From Cyanophora paradoxa CCMP329 (lineage: Eukaryota > Plantae > Glaucophyta), in the NCBI GenBank assembly GCA_004431415.1, contig QPMI01000532.1, positions 1-64,000 on the forward strand: DNA of 64,000 nt, in the 5' to 3' direction. The translations under genes were made by a program, and so were the position numbers. Every line of letters starts with the position of its first letter. Position 1 is the first letter of the stretch. Of this stretch, positions 22,714 through 35,429 are shown in pieces. The notes under the pieces were generated by a model. That model was not told the DNA's origin. It saw only the letters and a list, made by a program, of their open reading frames with translations, and did not search any database.

Positions 22714-24551
22714 CTAGGAGCTGGGGGCCCGGGAGCGGAAGGCGCGGAAGCGGGCGAGGTCAACGCAGGTGATCGTGATGTCGTCCTGCGGCGCCGAACG
22801 TGAACGCGTGAGCACGAGCTCGGGACGGGCTGTCATGATCAGGGCATATGGTTCGAGGCTTCGAATTCCGCACCGGCCAGCGCTCGCGGGCGAGGACCTG
22901 CAGAGCGCACGTTCGGCCTCTCATGCACGATCAAGAGCGCAGCTAACTAGAGCACATGGGACGAGCTCACCTGAGCGGCGAGGCGCTCACAGGCCTCCAT
23001 CGGCGATCTGCAGGAGCCGCGTGAGGCGCGCGCAGGGGCGAGGGGGGCGGCAGGAGGTAGGCGCGAACGGGGCGGCGGCGACGGTGCGGGCAACCTGCGG
23101 CCGTGCGGTTCGGGGCTCAGCGCGGGCGCGCCGCATGGCGCCGGCGACGCGAGCTGCCAGCCGGCAATGGCTCTCACCTCCTCGTTCGAGAGCGCTGCTC
23201 AGCGGCGTCAGCGGGGCGAAAAGAGATCTACAGGGCCCGGCGGCCCCGCGCGGCGCACAGTCGAAGAGGCCGTCGCTGGCGATGACGGCGTGGCTGTCTC
23301 CCTCCTCGAGCAGAATCTGCCGACAGCCTTCAGCTCACAGTTCGAAGGGCTTGGGGGGAGGGCGACGGACCTGCAGGCACTCCGGCTCGGCGCTGAGGCC
23401 GCAGCCCTTCAGCTCCCCGTCGCCGATCGCGCGAGACTGCGCGGCATCGTCAAGCAGGGCCGGTGCGGATTCGGATGCGGACGCGGGGCGGGCGGAAGGG
23501 GTCGCACCATGGCGAGGATGCCGCCGACGCGCGGGACGCGGCCGCTCGAGACGAACCCGCCCTGCCGCTGGACGCGGATCGCCTCCGTCTCCGGCTTCTG
23601 AGAGCGCGGGCGGCGTCAGAGCAGGTCGACGTCTCGTCGAATTCGCGGCATTTCGGCGGCGCAAAGCGATCGCGTGCCTGGTCGCGCGTGAGAGCGTACG
23701 GGGCGCCGTGCCGCACGAGAACGGCCCGGCTGTCTCCAAGGTTCGCGACGAGAAGCGTGTCTGTAAGGCAAACGAGGAGACAGATCGTCGATCCACAGTC
23801 AAGCCACGACTGGGGGAACATGGATCTGAACGCCGGGCAGGCCCCGGACACCGTGTCGCGGAGCAGCTTGAGGAGGGCTACGCCGCTCTTCTCCAACTTA
23901 GACATGCGGCTCAGCTGCACGCGCAACGTTTCCTGTATATACACGGAGGCGAATTCAGCGGCGACTCGGGAATCGCCGTGCCTGTTGCGACTGTGAGGCC
24001 TAGGCCAAGGCGTTCTCGCAAATTAAAGCTTCCTGGAGCTCACCCGTCGCAAATGGCGAAGAGGCCGAGCGGGTAGGGGTCCTCGCCTGGCCCGTACGCA
24101 CGGAAATCCTCGGCTGCGAAAGCACGCATCATAGGCCGGCGGCGGCAGCGCCGCGGCGATTTGCGCATGCATATGCGCGGGACCTGTTAGGAAATGATCC
24201 TGGCCCTTATGCGCTTCAATCTGCCCCTCGTTTCAATCAAAAAGCATCGTTCGCAAGAGGGGAGTATGGAGCACGTACACAGATCGTCGCGCTGGAGAAG
24301 CCCGATCGGACGATGCGCGGGTAAACGTGAATCGGCGGCTGCGGCGCATGCGGCGAAGGCTGCGGCGCATGTGGCGAAGCGTTCGCGCGAGCGTTCGCGG
24401 TATCCCAGCGTGGGCGGCGCTGCTCGGGCTGAGGCGAGGGCGACTCGCCGCTTGGGCGTGCGGTCGCGGTGTCTTCGGCCTCTCCATCATCCACGACTCG
24501 CGCGTCAGGCGTCGCGGGCGTCGGGCTCGGGCTTTCCGCTGAGCGCTTCAT
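22714..24551 (-). CDS. Protein phosphatase 2C (PPM family)
   Basis: KGQDHF, LFAICDGHG, GSTICLL, LVANLGDSRAVL, SRAIGDGELK, SAEPE, VIASDGLFD and DDITITCVDL. Confidence 0.9.
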
Positions 24552-24648
24552 TCTTGGAGGTAGCGCTGGGGGGTAGAGCTTCCGCAGGCTCCAGGAGCTC
24601 CTTCGGATAGGGAGGCCCGCTCGCTTGCGATCGGATCGACTCGGCAGG
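24552..24648. promoter_or_regulatory. Putative bidirectional promoter between PP2C and DCAF11
   Basis: About 97 bp between the divergent predicted ATGs. Confidence 0.45.
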
Positions 24649-27134
24649 ATGTGGACTGTGCAGGATGACCTTCTCCCGGCGCCCGAGTCGGAGAGTGATG
24701 AGGAAGCCTGCGACTATGCCGCCGACGCCCCCTCCCTGCGGAGCACGTCTGCGGAGGTGCCGAGCCGGCCGCGGGCACGCCGGGCGCGCCTCCGATGCCT
24801 GACATCCGACCGCACGCGTCTGCAGTTTCTCGCATCCGACTACGCCGCAGCAGTTCGCCGCGCAACGGGCACGCCGCTGAAGCGTCGGCTCGAGTCGCCT
24901 CTGTCGGCGCTGCGCGCACGCGAGATGGGGCGGCAGCGGCAGCCGGCAGCGGCGCACATGTGCGCACCCGCGCCGTTCTACGTAGCTCCCGCTACTTTTC
25001 AATCTAAAGACTCCGATAAAATTAACGATCTGCCGCCCCCCGCTCCCTGGGAAGCGCGGCTGGCCATCCCCTCGCGCGCACCCTAGGCCTACCAGCCGCC
25101 CCGCCTGTCCCCGATGGCGCCCGCATTGCCCCGCGCCGTCCCCGCTTGCTGAGGAGCGCGGTTGCTCATCGGCGGTCTGCACCGCGCGGCAGAGCGCAGC
25201 GCTGGCTGCCGGGGGGCGATCCCGCCTTCGTCGAGAGGATGGAGGCGCGCGTGTACAACGGGCTGTGGGCGGGGGGCGGCGAGACCTTCGTCGCCTCGTT
25301 CCAGAACAATGTAATACGAGCGTACGACCCCCGCTCCTGGAGGGTGACCTCCCAGCTCCACGCGAAATACGGCGCGCGCGCCCCCGCCCTTCCCCGGCCC
25401 CGCCCGACGCCGGCGCCGGCGCCTCCTCCCCGCCGCCGCTGAGGCCGCTGCGCCGCAGTGCGGTGGACGACGACGTCGGTGGACGCGACGCGGGACGGCG
25501 GGGGCGTGCTGTACTCCTCGATCACGCCCCTCGTGCACCTCGCCAAGTTCAGCGACCCCGGCACCCACCACGCCTTCGACATGAGGCGCGCCCTCCCTCC
25601 CTTGCCTCCTTCGTTCGCATCGAGCACCGCATCATAGCGGGGCGTCGGAGGAGGACCGGAGCTTCGGGCTGTGGAGCTGCAAGTTCAACACGGACAACAC
25701 GGAGGTGATTGCCGGCTCCTCTGACTCCTCCATCTACGTCTACGACATCGCCAAGCGGGCCGCCGTCCTACGCGTGGAGGGCCACGCCGACGACGTCAAC
25801 AGCGTCGACTGGGCCGACCCCGACTCCCAGATCCGTGCGCCCGGCGCCCCGCCCTCGCCGGCGCCGACGCTTCTTAAGCTTCGCGTGCGGCCGATGTCGA
25901 CGCGGCGCGCGGGGGGCGGCGCGCAGTGTTCAGCGCGAGCGACGACGGGACGTGCAAGGTGTGGGACAGGCGGAACCTGGGGCGCGGCAACACGCCCGTC
26001 GGCGTGCTCGTCGGCCACACCGGTCTGCCCTTTCCGCCCCAACTCACCCCCTCCCCTTTTTTTGATGCAGCTCCGACCCGATCGATCCGCAGAGGGCATC
26101 ACGCACGTCTCGTCGCGGGTGCGGGCCCGCCCCGCCCCGCCCCGCCCCGTCCCACCTGAGCCCCGCTGATCACCTGAGCAGGGGGACGGCCGCTACCTGA
26201 TCACGAACTCGAAGGACCAGACCATCAAGCTCTGGGACATCCGCCGCATGTACGACGCCGGCCAGCACGCGCGCATGGCCCCGTACCCACGCCGCTTCAA
26301 CTGGGACTACCGGTACCCCCTTCCGCCTCCCCCCGCTCCCCCCCGGCGCTGAGGGCCCCGGGTACCGGCGCAGTTGGATGCAGTACCCCGGCGTGGGGCG
26401 CACCGTCGTGCACCCAAACGACATTTCACTGCAGACGTTCAAGGGCCACAGCGTCCTGCAGACCCTCATCCGCGCCTGTACCCCGGCCGGCCTCGCCGTC
26501 GCCGTCGCTGTCTCCTGACGCCCGCGCCAGACTTCTCCCCCGCGCACACGACGGGCCAGCGCTTCATCGTCTCCGGATCCTACGACGGCCAGGTCCCGTA
26601 CCCCCCTCCTCCCCCCCCCGCCCCCGCCCCTTCTAAGACGGGTACAGGTGTACATCTACGACACGCTGGGGGACCCGGAGGACCCCGTCCGCCTCCCCGC
26701 GCACGACGCCGCCGTGCGACCCTTTCGAAGCTTCTGGGCTCGGTCCTCTAGATTTTCGAGGCCAAGCTGACTTAGCGTTCTGGCAGGTGCGGGACGTGGC
26801 GTGGCACCCGACGGAGATGCGCCTCGTCTCGAGCAGCTGGGACGGATCCCTCGCCCTCTTCGAGAAGCCCGAGCGCTCCCTCGCCTCGGTCCGCCCCGCC
26901 TAGCCCAGCCTAGCCATGCCCGGCCTGCCACACTCACTCACGCCCGGCCCGCCGGCGCCGCAGGCCCGCAGCCTGGCGGATCCGGGGCTGGAGTCGCCGA
27001 CGGGCGCGCGGCGGCGGGCCCGGGGCCGCCCCGAGGGCCCCGCGGAGGCGTCGCCCTCGCCGCCCCCCGCGGCCGGCAGGAACCTCTCCCGGCTCATCGC
27101 GAGCTCCCTTCTCCGCACCCTCGGCGCCGGTTAG
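24649..27134 (+). CDS. DCAF11: DDB1-CUL4-associated factor 11 / WDR23 / LEC14B homolog (WD40)
   Basis: GHADDVNSV, SASDDGTCKVWDRR, PVGVLVGHTEGITHVSSRGDGRYLITNSKDQTIKLWDIRRM, WDYRW, KGHSVLQTLIRAYFSPAHTTGQRFI, VRDVAWHP and SSSWDG. Confidence 0.93.
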
Positions 27135-27452
27135 CCGGCCTCCGCATGCACCCGGTGCCTCGCGCGCGGGGGCCCAGACCTGTACATCACTGTAGCAATA
27201 CACTAGCGCTAGCGATACTAGTACTATGATACACTGTAGCAATAGCTGTACATGCTGTAATTCGATCCTGTACATCGCGAACTCCGAAAAGTCCGATTGC
27301 GACGGCTACGACCGCTGCACGCGCGTTGCACTGCGCGGCATCTGAGATGTGCTGCGGCTCCTAACGGTCCTCCTGCACGCTGGTTGCTTAGCAGTATCCT
27401 GCGCGCTGGCCATGGTCGCTTCTAGCTAGATCTGGAGGCGGCAGCTGCAGGG

Positions 27453-28210
27453 TCACGCGTCGCCGGCGCCCGAGTGCGCGCCGGCGCCGGCGCCGGAGCC
27501 CCGCCGGTCGAGGCGGCGCTCGTCGATTTTGAGGGAGAGGCGCCTCGGGACGAGGGCGTCCAGAGACTGGCTCCTCGGGTCGTTGTGGATGGGGCTCGGC
27601 GCCTCCCCCGCGCCTGCCGAGGCCGAGGCCGAGGCCCAGGTCCGGTCAGCGACTGTACACGTATGCGCGTAGCGCGCGAGGAGCAAAGTGCACCGGCCTC
27701 CTGGCTGGCAGACGGAACGTAGGACGGCGGCGAGTGCGGCGCGCTCATCTTGCGCCGGAAGCCCGAGAATGCCCCGCCGTGGCTCGGCAGTGTGCCGAGA
27801 ATGGAGCTAGCGCTCTTGCCCGTTAATGAGATGGTTTGCGGTACTTGCGCGCCGGCGCGCGAGCTGTCGGACGGGGAGGGCGGCGGAGTCTGCTGAACAG
27901 GGGCGCTGGCTTCGGCGTACGCGTCCGAATGAGAGTCCGCAGGAGGCCGCGCCGGCACGGCGGAAGGCTCGCGGCGCAGGTGCAGCCGCATGCCAACGGG
28001 CTCTCCGAAGGTTTCGAGGTCGTCCAGCACCTCCTCTTCGACGTCGTCCTCGTGCGCACGCTTCTGAGCGGCGGTGAGCGCGCAACCAAAAGAACCGCCC
28101 GCAGCGGAGAACCGCCCGCGCGCGGCGCGTCGCACCCTCGGGGTGGTTGGCGGCACCGCTGGCGCATCGACGTCCATCGGCGCAGGCTCCTGCGGCTGCG
28201 GGCTGGACAT
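27453..28210 (-). CDS. Hypothetical low-complexity (probably disordered) protein
   Basis: MSSPQPQEPAPMDVDAP...KRAHEDDVEEEVLDDLETFGEP...SQSLDALVPRRLSLKIDERRLD with two plausible GT-AG introns. No recognised domain; start uncertain. Confidence 0.5.
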
Positions 28211-28488
28211 CGAATCGGCGGGCCCGCAGAACTGCCGCGACGACGGCGACAACAGAAACGCGCTTCGTCGAGGGGGCGACAACAGGAACGAGACAGCGGG
28301 GCGCAGCAGAGGGGAGAGCCGGGGCGAACCGCAGCTCAATGTTTGCGTAGCCCCCTGCGGCTGCTCCCCCCTTGTGCCTCGGCCTTCCACATGCGCGCCT
28401 CGGCCTTTTCTTCTAGTTTTAGCAGGCATCCACGTCCGCCCGACAAGACAGATCCCGGCAGCCATTGTGGCCCCAGAGCTGGGCGCAC

Positions 28489-29735
28489 ATGAAGAGCCGT
28501 GTCATATCGCCCGTGGGGGAGCCGCCAGACAGCGAGAAGCCTCCAGAACGATCAGAGGTGAGCTTTCTGTGTTAGATCGTTGAGAGCAGGCTCGCTTTTG
28601 GGGCAGGCGCGCTGAGTGACTCGCTTTCGCATGCGCAGGCCACGCCATCCTCCCACGCCTCGTCGCCCGCCGTCGAGCTCGATGTGTCGCCGCCGGCGCC
28701 TTCGTGGCTACCGGATGCCCATGTGCAAAGGAGGCGAGGCTCCTTCAGCCGCAGCCACGATGAGCCGCTCCAAGCCCCGGAGAATCGGGGGCTGGAGCGG
28801 CGCGTTGTCCTGTTTGCGTCCCTCCCCAGTTTCCTCATCGGATGTAAGCGTCGTCACTTCATTGGTTGCGCATGCCGCGCTCATGCTGGCACGGGCGGCA
28901 GGCACGAGCACGGCTTACCTGCCTGCGCTGCCTTCCATCCAGGAGGAATTCAGCACGACCTCGCTGCAGATCTCCGCGACCCTCACGGGCTACATGGCCG
29001 TGCAGGCGACGACCCCTATGCTCTGGGGGCCCATCAGCGACCGCGTCGGGAGGTGCGCGGCGCGGCGCGCGCGCTGGAAGCATGCGCTCCCTCCTTTCTC
29101 CCTCGCCCGACGCGCGCGGCAGGCGCGCGGTGCTGCTGGGGGCGATGGTCTGGTTCACGATCGCCTCCGTGCTCTGCGCCGTGGCGCCTAACATCGCCGC
29201 CCTCATCGCCTTCCGCGTCCTGCAATCCTTCGGCATTTCCCCGACGGTCGTCTGCGGCGCCGGTGCGCCCCGCGACGCGACGCGCCGCCCCCGCCGCGCG
29301 CGTCTCGCCGGGAGCGAGGCGAGCGCTCCTCCGCAGGTGCGATTGCGGACGTGGTGCCTGCGGAGCGCCGGGGCACGGCGATGGGCGTCTTCGGGCTGCT
29401 CCAGCTCATCGGCCCCGCGGTCGGCCCCGTAGCGGGGTGCGGCGCTCTTCGTCGTTCGCTCTGCTGCTCCGCGCCGCCTCCCCGTGCGGCGGCTGAAACG
29501 GCTCCGCACCTCCAGGGGTGTGATCGCGCGGGCCGTCGGCTGGCGCTTCATCTTCGTCTGGCTGGCCGCCACGGTACGGGGCGCCCCGCGCATGCGCGCG
29601 CGTCCGCCTGCCTCTCTCTCGCTCGCTCACCGCGCCCGCCCGCAGGCCGCCCTCATCGCCCTCCTCGTGTTCCTCGGCCTCCCCGAGACGCTGCCGGAGC
29701 TCATCCGCAAGCGCGCCGCCCGCGCCCGCGCGAGG

Positions 29736-29768
<33 letters not shown>

Positions 29769-31179
29769 TCCGACGCCGCCGGCCCTCGCGAGGAGGAGCA
29801 GGCCCCCGGCCTCGTGCGCCGAGCCGCCTCCCCTCCCCTCCCCCGCCCTCGAGCCCCCGACTGGTACTGACCGGTACCCGGGGCCGCCCAGCCGTTCTGG
29901 GAGGGCGCGAGGAGGATGGCGGGGGCCGTCGGCGCCCGCTGCGCCCGCTCCTTCGTGATCCTCGCGGAAAAGGAGATCCTCGTGCTCGCCTTCGTCGGGG
30001 CCGCCTCGTTCGCCGCGTGCTACGCCTTCCTCTCGACGCTCCCGGCCCTCGCCGCCGCCCGCTACGGCCTGGACCAGCTCATGACGGGCGTCCTCCTCCT
30101 CCCCTTCTGCCTCGGCTGCACCCTCGGCTCCTTCGTCGGTGCAGTACCCCCCCTTCCCACCCCCCACCCCACCCCACCCCCGCCCCTCCTCCGCGCGCTC
30201 CTCTGAGGGCCGGCCGCAGGCGGGCGAGCCGCGGACTACGCGCGGCGGAGGGCGCTGGAGAAGGGCGGGCGCTTCCTAGGGGCGCCGCTCGGTGCGGGGA
30301 GGCCGCCCCGCCCTTCCCGCCCCGTCCCGCGCCGCCCGCTCAACGGCGCGGCGGCGCGGCAGCGGTGGCGGGCGGGGCCTTCGTGAACACGGCGTGCCTC
30401 ATCTTCCTGGGGGCGTCTATGGAGGCAGGCCTCGCCCTCCTCGCCCTCTCCTCAGGCCCGCCCGCCCCCCCCCCCCCCCCCTCAGATCTGGCTGAAAGGC
30501 TGACCTAAAGGATTCCTCAGGGCTCATGGGCTTCTGGCACACCTTCACCCGCCCCGGCCTCCAGGCGCGCCCGCTCCGAAGCGAGCGTGCCCCCTCCCGC
30601 CCTCTTTTGACCCCCGCGCAGTCGACGGCGATCGAGATGCACCCGCGGGAGAGCGCGGCGACGGCGGCCGTGCTGACGTCCGTCCAGTACGCCTTCGGCG
30701 CCGCCGCCTCGCTGGTCTCCTCGGAGGCCGCCCGCGCCATCGGCTTCGGGCCCTACTTCGCCTGCCTGGCCGGCATGATGGCCTGCGCCGGGGCCCTCGC
30801 CCTCCTCCTCGCCCTCCGCTTCATCCGCCCCAAGCGGCCCGCCGGCGCCCCCGCCGGCGCCCCCGCCGCCGCTGCTCCGGAGAGGAGTAGCAGCAGCAGC
30901 CGGCCCTCGAAGGTCTCCCCGCTCCCCCTCGCCCCGCCCTCCCCCTACCCCTCCCGCTCCGCGGCCGAAGGCCCCGAGCTCTCCGCTGCCGCGGCCCCCT
31001 CGCCCCCGCGCCCCGGACCGGCCTCGCCCCCGCGCGACCCCGCGCGGGAGCGGGAGCGCGAGCGCGAGGGGCCCTACCCCCCCGGCCCGGGCCCGGGCCC
31101 CCGGGGCGACCCCGCGGGGCTCCCCGTCCGCCGCGAGGCCTCCGCCGCCGCCCTTCCCGCCCTGGACCCGGATTCCTAG
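28489..31179 (+). CDS. Major facilitator superfamily transporter, DHA1 (drug:H+ antiporter)-like
   Basis: YLPALPSIQEEF, WGPISDRVGRRAV (motif A), LIAFRVLQ, ERRGTAMG, GPAVGPVAGG, GWRFIF and LPETL, plus a second half of hydrophobic helices. Confidence 0.9.
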
Positions 31180-31973
31180 CGGCGTATTCTTCTTCGCTTT
31201 CCGTTTCGCTTGTGCAGATTTAGACTATTCTTAGGCCTGAAGGCGAGCGAGCTCAGGCGGGGCCGGGCCCGGCCCGTCGGCGCCTTCGAACTCACCCCTT
31301 GAAAAGGGGCATGTACAGAAATTGATCCCCGGGGGGCCCCAGCCGCGCACGGGCTGCTCGCCTGGCGAGTCAGTGGCGGCATCGATGCACTGCGGCATCG
31401 ATGCACTGCGGCATCATGCAGGGCGTCGCCGAAACGCAGAACGGTTGGCCACTGGGCCAGCTAGCGCTGCACTGGCGGCAGCGTTAGAGTTTGAAGTTAG
31501 TCGACGACTCGACGTTAGTTAGACGTCATGCCATGATGATTAGGCTCTCGAGTTTCAGTCAACCGTTTGAACATGCATCATGGCATACTACTAGGCTATG
31601 ACTCAGTGATATGGTCAGCTTCGAATCATCGATATCATGGTATCACGGTTTTGAGTTCGTATCCATGATCTTCATGATCTTCATGATCATCGGATCATGA
31701 TCATGACCATGCATTAATATTCCCAGTAGCTTTCAATGTTGCGCATCGTGATCATGATCATGATCATCACGGCACTGCGGCATGGCCGGCGCCGCCGAGC
31801 ATGCCATCCCTGGCCCAGTCCCGGCGGGCTAGCCGCTGTCACCCGCTGCACGCTAGCGCTGGAGGATCCGATGATCGGCCTCTGGAGATGTCTGAGCTTG
31901 GCCTCGGAGAATAGGCTCGGCCTCTGGAGAGCCCGCGATCGTTAGTTCCTCACTTTTCGCTACCAAACTGTGA

Positions 31974-32133
31974 CTAACTGATCATCACACACGAAGAAGT
32001 CTCAGCCCGCCCTCGCCGGCGTGCGGCGGGGCGGGTCCCGGCCCCTCCGCAGGCGCCTCACTGCGGGAGGAGCGCCTCGGCGAGCTCCGCCTCCTGCGGC
32101 CGCGGCCGGCGCGGCGCGCTCAGGGGCGGGGGC
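31974..32133 (-). repeat. Inverted repeat pair 2, left copy (last intron end, last exon and 3' UTR of the Cys-repeat gene)
   Basis: Reverse complement of 34504-34695, including a 47-nt exact core CGCCGCACGCCGGCGAGGGCGGGCTGAGACTTCTTCGTGTGTGATGA. Confidence 0.9.
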
Positions 32134-34079
32134 GGGGGCGGGGCGGGGGCGGCGGGGCGCACGGGGGCGCAGGCGGCGAGGCAGAGGTCGGCGGCGAGGC
32201 TGGCCTCCTCGAAGTCCGCCTCGCAGTCGGACCCCGCCTCCTCCTCCGCCTCCTGCGCGGCGGGGCGGGGCGGGGCGGGGCGCGGGTCAGAGCGCGCCGC
32301 GCGCGAGCAAGCTAGGGGATTCAGGCCGGCAGCGCGCCTGCATCCCCTCGTCCACACGGACATCCGACCGGTACACCGTGGGGCTGCAGCACGCCGCGCA
32401 GATCAGCTCGGCTCGGATCCCGGATCGGCGCGCGCGGGGGCGAGGCGCGCGCGAGGGCGGGGGCGGGGGCGGGCCCGGCGCGGGCCACGCACCACGCTTG
32501 GCACGATCTCTCCTGGCCGAGGGCCGTGCCCTTCGTGACGGCGTAGCTCTTGGCGGGAGTGAACTTGTGATGAGCTTTGAGGATGCTGCTCGAGTCTCCG
32601 TCCTTCCAGTACTGGAACTCGCGAAAGGCGCCGCCGCAGAGCTGGTAGATGGCGGCGTCGACTTCGGCGCTCCCGCCGTCGACGACCCGCTCCTGGGCGC
32701 TCAGGTCCATCGGATCGTCGGCGACGTCCAGCGCAAGCCGGATCGCCTCGTCCACCTCCTCAGGAGTCAGGCCGCTCGAGAATCGGAGGTACAGTTTGTC
32801 CTGCGGGCGCCCCGGGCCGCGGAGCCGGGCCGGGCGGGGCGAGTCAGCGCTAGCACGGTCTGGGAGGGCGGGCGGGGCGGGGCGGGGCGGGGCGGCCCTC
32901 GGCCGGCCGCAGGGCTCCGGCGCACATAAAGCAACCACTCGTTGAAGTCGTTCAGCGCGGCCTTGTCCGCGTCGGTCTGCTGCTCGGGCGCCTTGCTCGC
33001 AGCGGCGCCGCGCGCGTTGTACAGCGCTTGGATGCTGCCGTACTTCTGTTCGATGCCTTCCATGACGAGACGGGCGTTCTGCATCGTCCCCACCTCGTCC
33101 ACCTCGAACAGGGCGTCGCTCTTATCGAACAGCTCTTCCAGGCGGCCCAGCGTCTGGGCCTTCGCCGGGTCACGCGGCTCCGCCTTGCAGTTGTCGTACG
33201 GGTACACCCGCAGGATGCTCCGCGGCGTGCTGCGCGCGCCGCGATCGTGAGGGACGCCCTGCAGCCGGGGGACGGGCTCTGGATCCGCACCAGGGCGTGC
33301 AGCCAACCACCTCGTGCGCGCCCCCGATATCTAGCACACTGGTGGCCGTGGCTGTGAAGGCTTTCGAGCCCTTCGCGTCGCAGGCGACGTCTTCGGAGAG
33401 CTCGGGGGCGTCTTTGGAGAGCCCGGCAGATGAGTAGTAGACGTCAGAGTTCACCGCGCTTGCGGAGCAAGAGTCGTCGGAGTACGTGAACACGCCTGTG
33501 ACCGGCGGGCTGCCGGGTCGTGAGGCTCGACGTTAGGATCGCGCAGCGCCGGCTAAAGCGCCGGGGGCGCGGCGGCGGGCGCACCACATGGTGCAGGCGG
33601 CGTCCGTGCCGCCCATCTCGCCCGCGGACGCCTTGTAGTACACGGGGGTCTTCACGTTGCCGAGGTGGGCCCCGCGGCCGCACGAGGTAGCGATGCTCTG
33701 GTCCGAGAGCTCCCCCTTGTACGCTGCGGTGTAGAGGGACGTCCCCGCGCAGCTGGCATCGCTGAACGTCTCCACATTTGTCAGCGGCGGGCTGCGCGCG
33801 CCTCCCGCGATCAGCCGCGGCGTGAGGAGCTTGCAATATTAATTGATCGAAAGGCTGCGCGCTCAGGCGGCGGCCAAGCAGAAGCCGAGCGAACCACTGC
33901 GTGCACTTCACGTTCGTTCCAGAGTAGTACGTGGCCCCCTCCTTCGCGCATACCCGCACGATCTCGTTCTCCTCAACCGAGCTGCCGACCTTGAAGGAGT
34001 CCAACGCGGTCTCCTTGACATTCGCCGCGCACGCAGACTCGTCGCTCCACGATGAGATCTTCGACGGGGTGGTGCCCAT
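32058..34079 (-). CDS. Uncharacterised protein built from exon-encoded Cys-rich modules
   Basis: MGTTPSKISSWSDESAC...CTQC|PPLTNVETFSDASC...CTMC|PPVTGVFTYSDDSC...CTPC|TPRSILRVYPYDNC...(helical insert)...CQAC|PTVY...EAELAEALLPQ*. All four inter-module introns split a TG|C Cys codon. Confidence 0.8.
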
Positions 34080-34503
34080 CGCGCTCGGTGCCGATCCACG
34101 CGCCGCAGCTGAACGCGAACGCCGCCGAAAGAGCTGCAGGCCAGGAGGCTGCAGATCGCGACTCGCGAGCTGCTATAGCTAGCACTTGCGCTGCCATTAG
34201 CCTGCCAATGCCGGCCATATCCATGATGCAGCCTCTTTCCTGGAGCCTGCCGGCCGGGTACAGTTAAACAAAACAACCAGGAAAGAGCGCGGGGCAACTT
34301 CAACGGACAAGTACCAGACCACCGTGCCAGTGGTGCCACTAGTAGGCTCACTACCGGCCCGGCGGTACTGTATAGCAGTGTATACGTATACGTATACCGG
34401 CACCGGCCTCCCGAGCTCGGAGCTCAAATCGATTTCGAATTCACTGAGTCATGGTTGGACGTCACGCGTATATTGCGCGCCCCGCCGCGCGGCGCCCCCG
34501 CGG

Positions 34504-34695
34504 GCCCCGCCCCTGAGCCCGCGCCGCCCGCCGCGCGCGGCCGCGCGCAGGAGGCGGAGCTCGCGATCGCCGAGGCGCTCCTCCCGCTGTGAGCCGGCCG
34601 CGGATCCGGAGGGGCCGGCGCCGGAGCCCCGGGCCCGCGCCGCCGCACGCCGGCGAGGGCGGGCTGAGACTTCTTCGTGTGTGATGACCAGTTAG
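34504..34695 (+). repeat. Inverted repeat pair 2, right copy (orphan intact terminal exon)
   Basis: Retains a branch-like CTGAG, a CAG acceptor, EAELAIAEALLPL* and 3' UTR sequence; no upstream gene body is evident on the + strand. Confidence 0.9.
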
Positions 34696-35429
34696 CTACC
34701 CGTTCGGATGCAGAATGTGAGGAAGTAACGATCGCGATCATCCGACGTTTCCGCCGCCGCCGCGGGCTTTTCCGATCCGAGGCCGGGCTAAAGCCTTGAA
34801 GCTCGCCCTCCCGCCCCGGGCCCCGGCCCCAGGCCGTCCTCGCCCCGGCACGGCCGCGAGGGCCCTTCTGGGATCCTCCACCGGGTACCAGGCCAGGGGG
34901 GGCAGCCCGCGACCGTACGCGTACCGGACCCGGGAGCTGCGCATGCGCACCCCTGCCGGCGCCGCCGGGCCGGCGCCGCACTGCATGCGAGTCGAGCTCC
35001 GGCCGCGCAGCACTAGCCGCGGCCGCATGCGCAGCCTGGCCTGCTGCTAGTTCGACTGATCACGATAATGAGAGAAATCGCGAGGCCCCAAGGTCTCATT
35101 CGAAATTGAAGACTGGTATATTTCGATTCTGAATTTCGAGTCGAAGGTTTGCTGTTCATGATTATGAGGTCGAATTCGTGAACAAAATCTTTCTATGATT
35201 TTGAAACAAGGGATGGCGCGCGCGCGCGAAGACGCGAGGCTGTTGCATGCTATGTGAACAGTTTATGCCAGACTGACAGCTGGAGACTGCTGTAGCGTGC
35301 GAATTGAGAAAACGGACCTACTATATATACTAAGAGAGCTACTCGATCGCTTCGGAAAGGGAAAATTGAGGCTGCCATGGCCAGGCGCAGCAAAAGGGCA
35401 GCGGGACGACCGTTGGAAAGTGAAGCGAA

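Noticed and set aside
34738-35028. Possible small gene or fragment (GLPPLAWYPVEDP) next to inverted repeat 2
   Set aside because: No recognisable domain or convincing exon structure; it cannot be supported from sequence alone.
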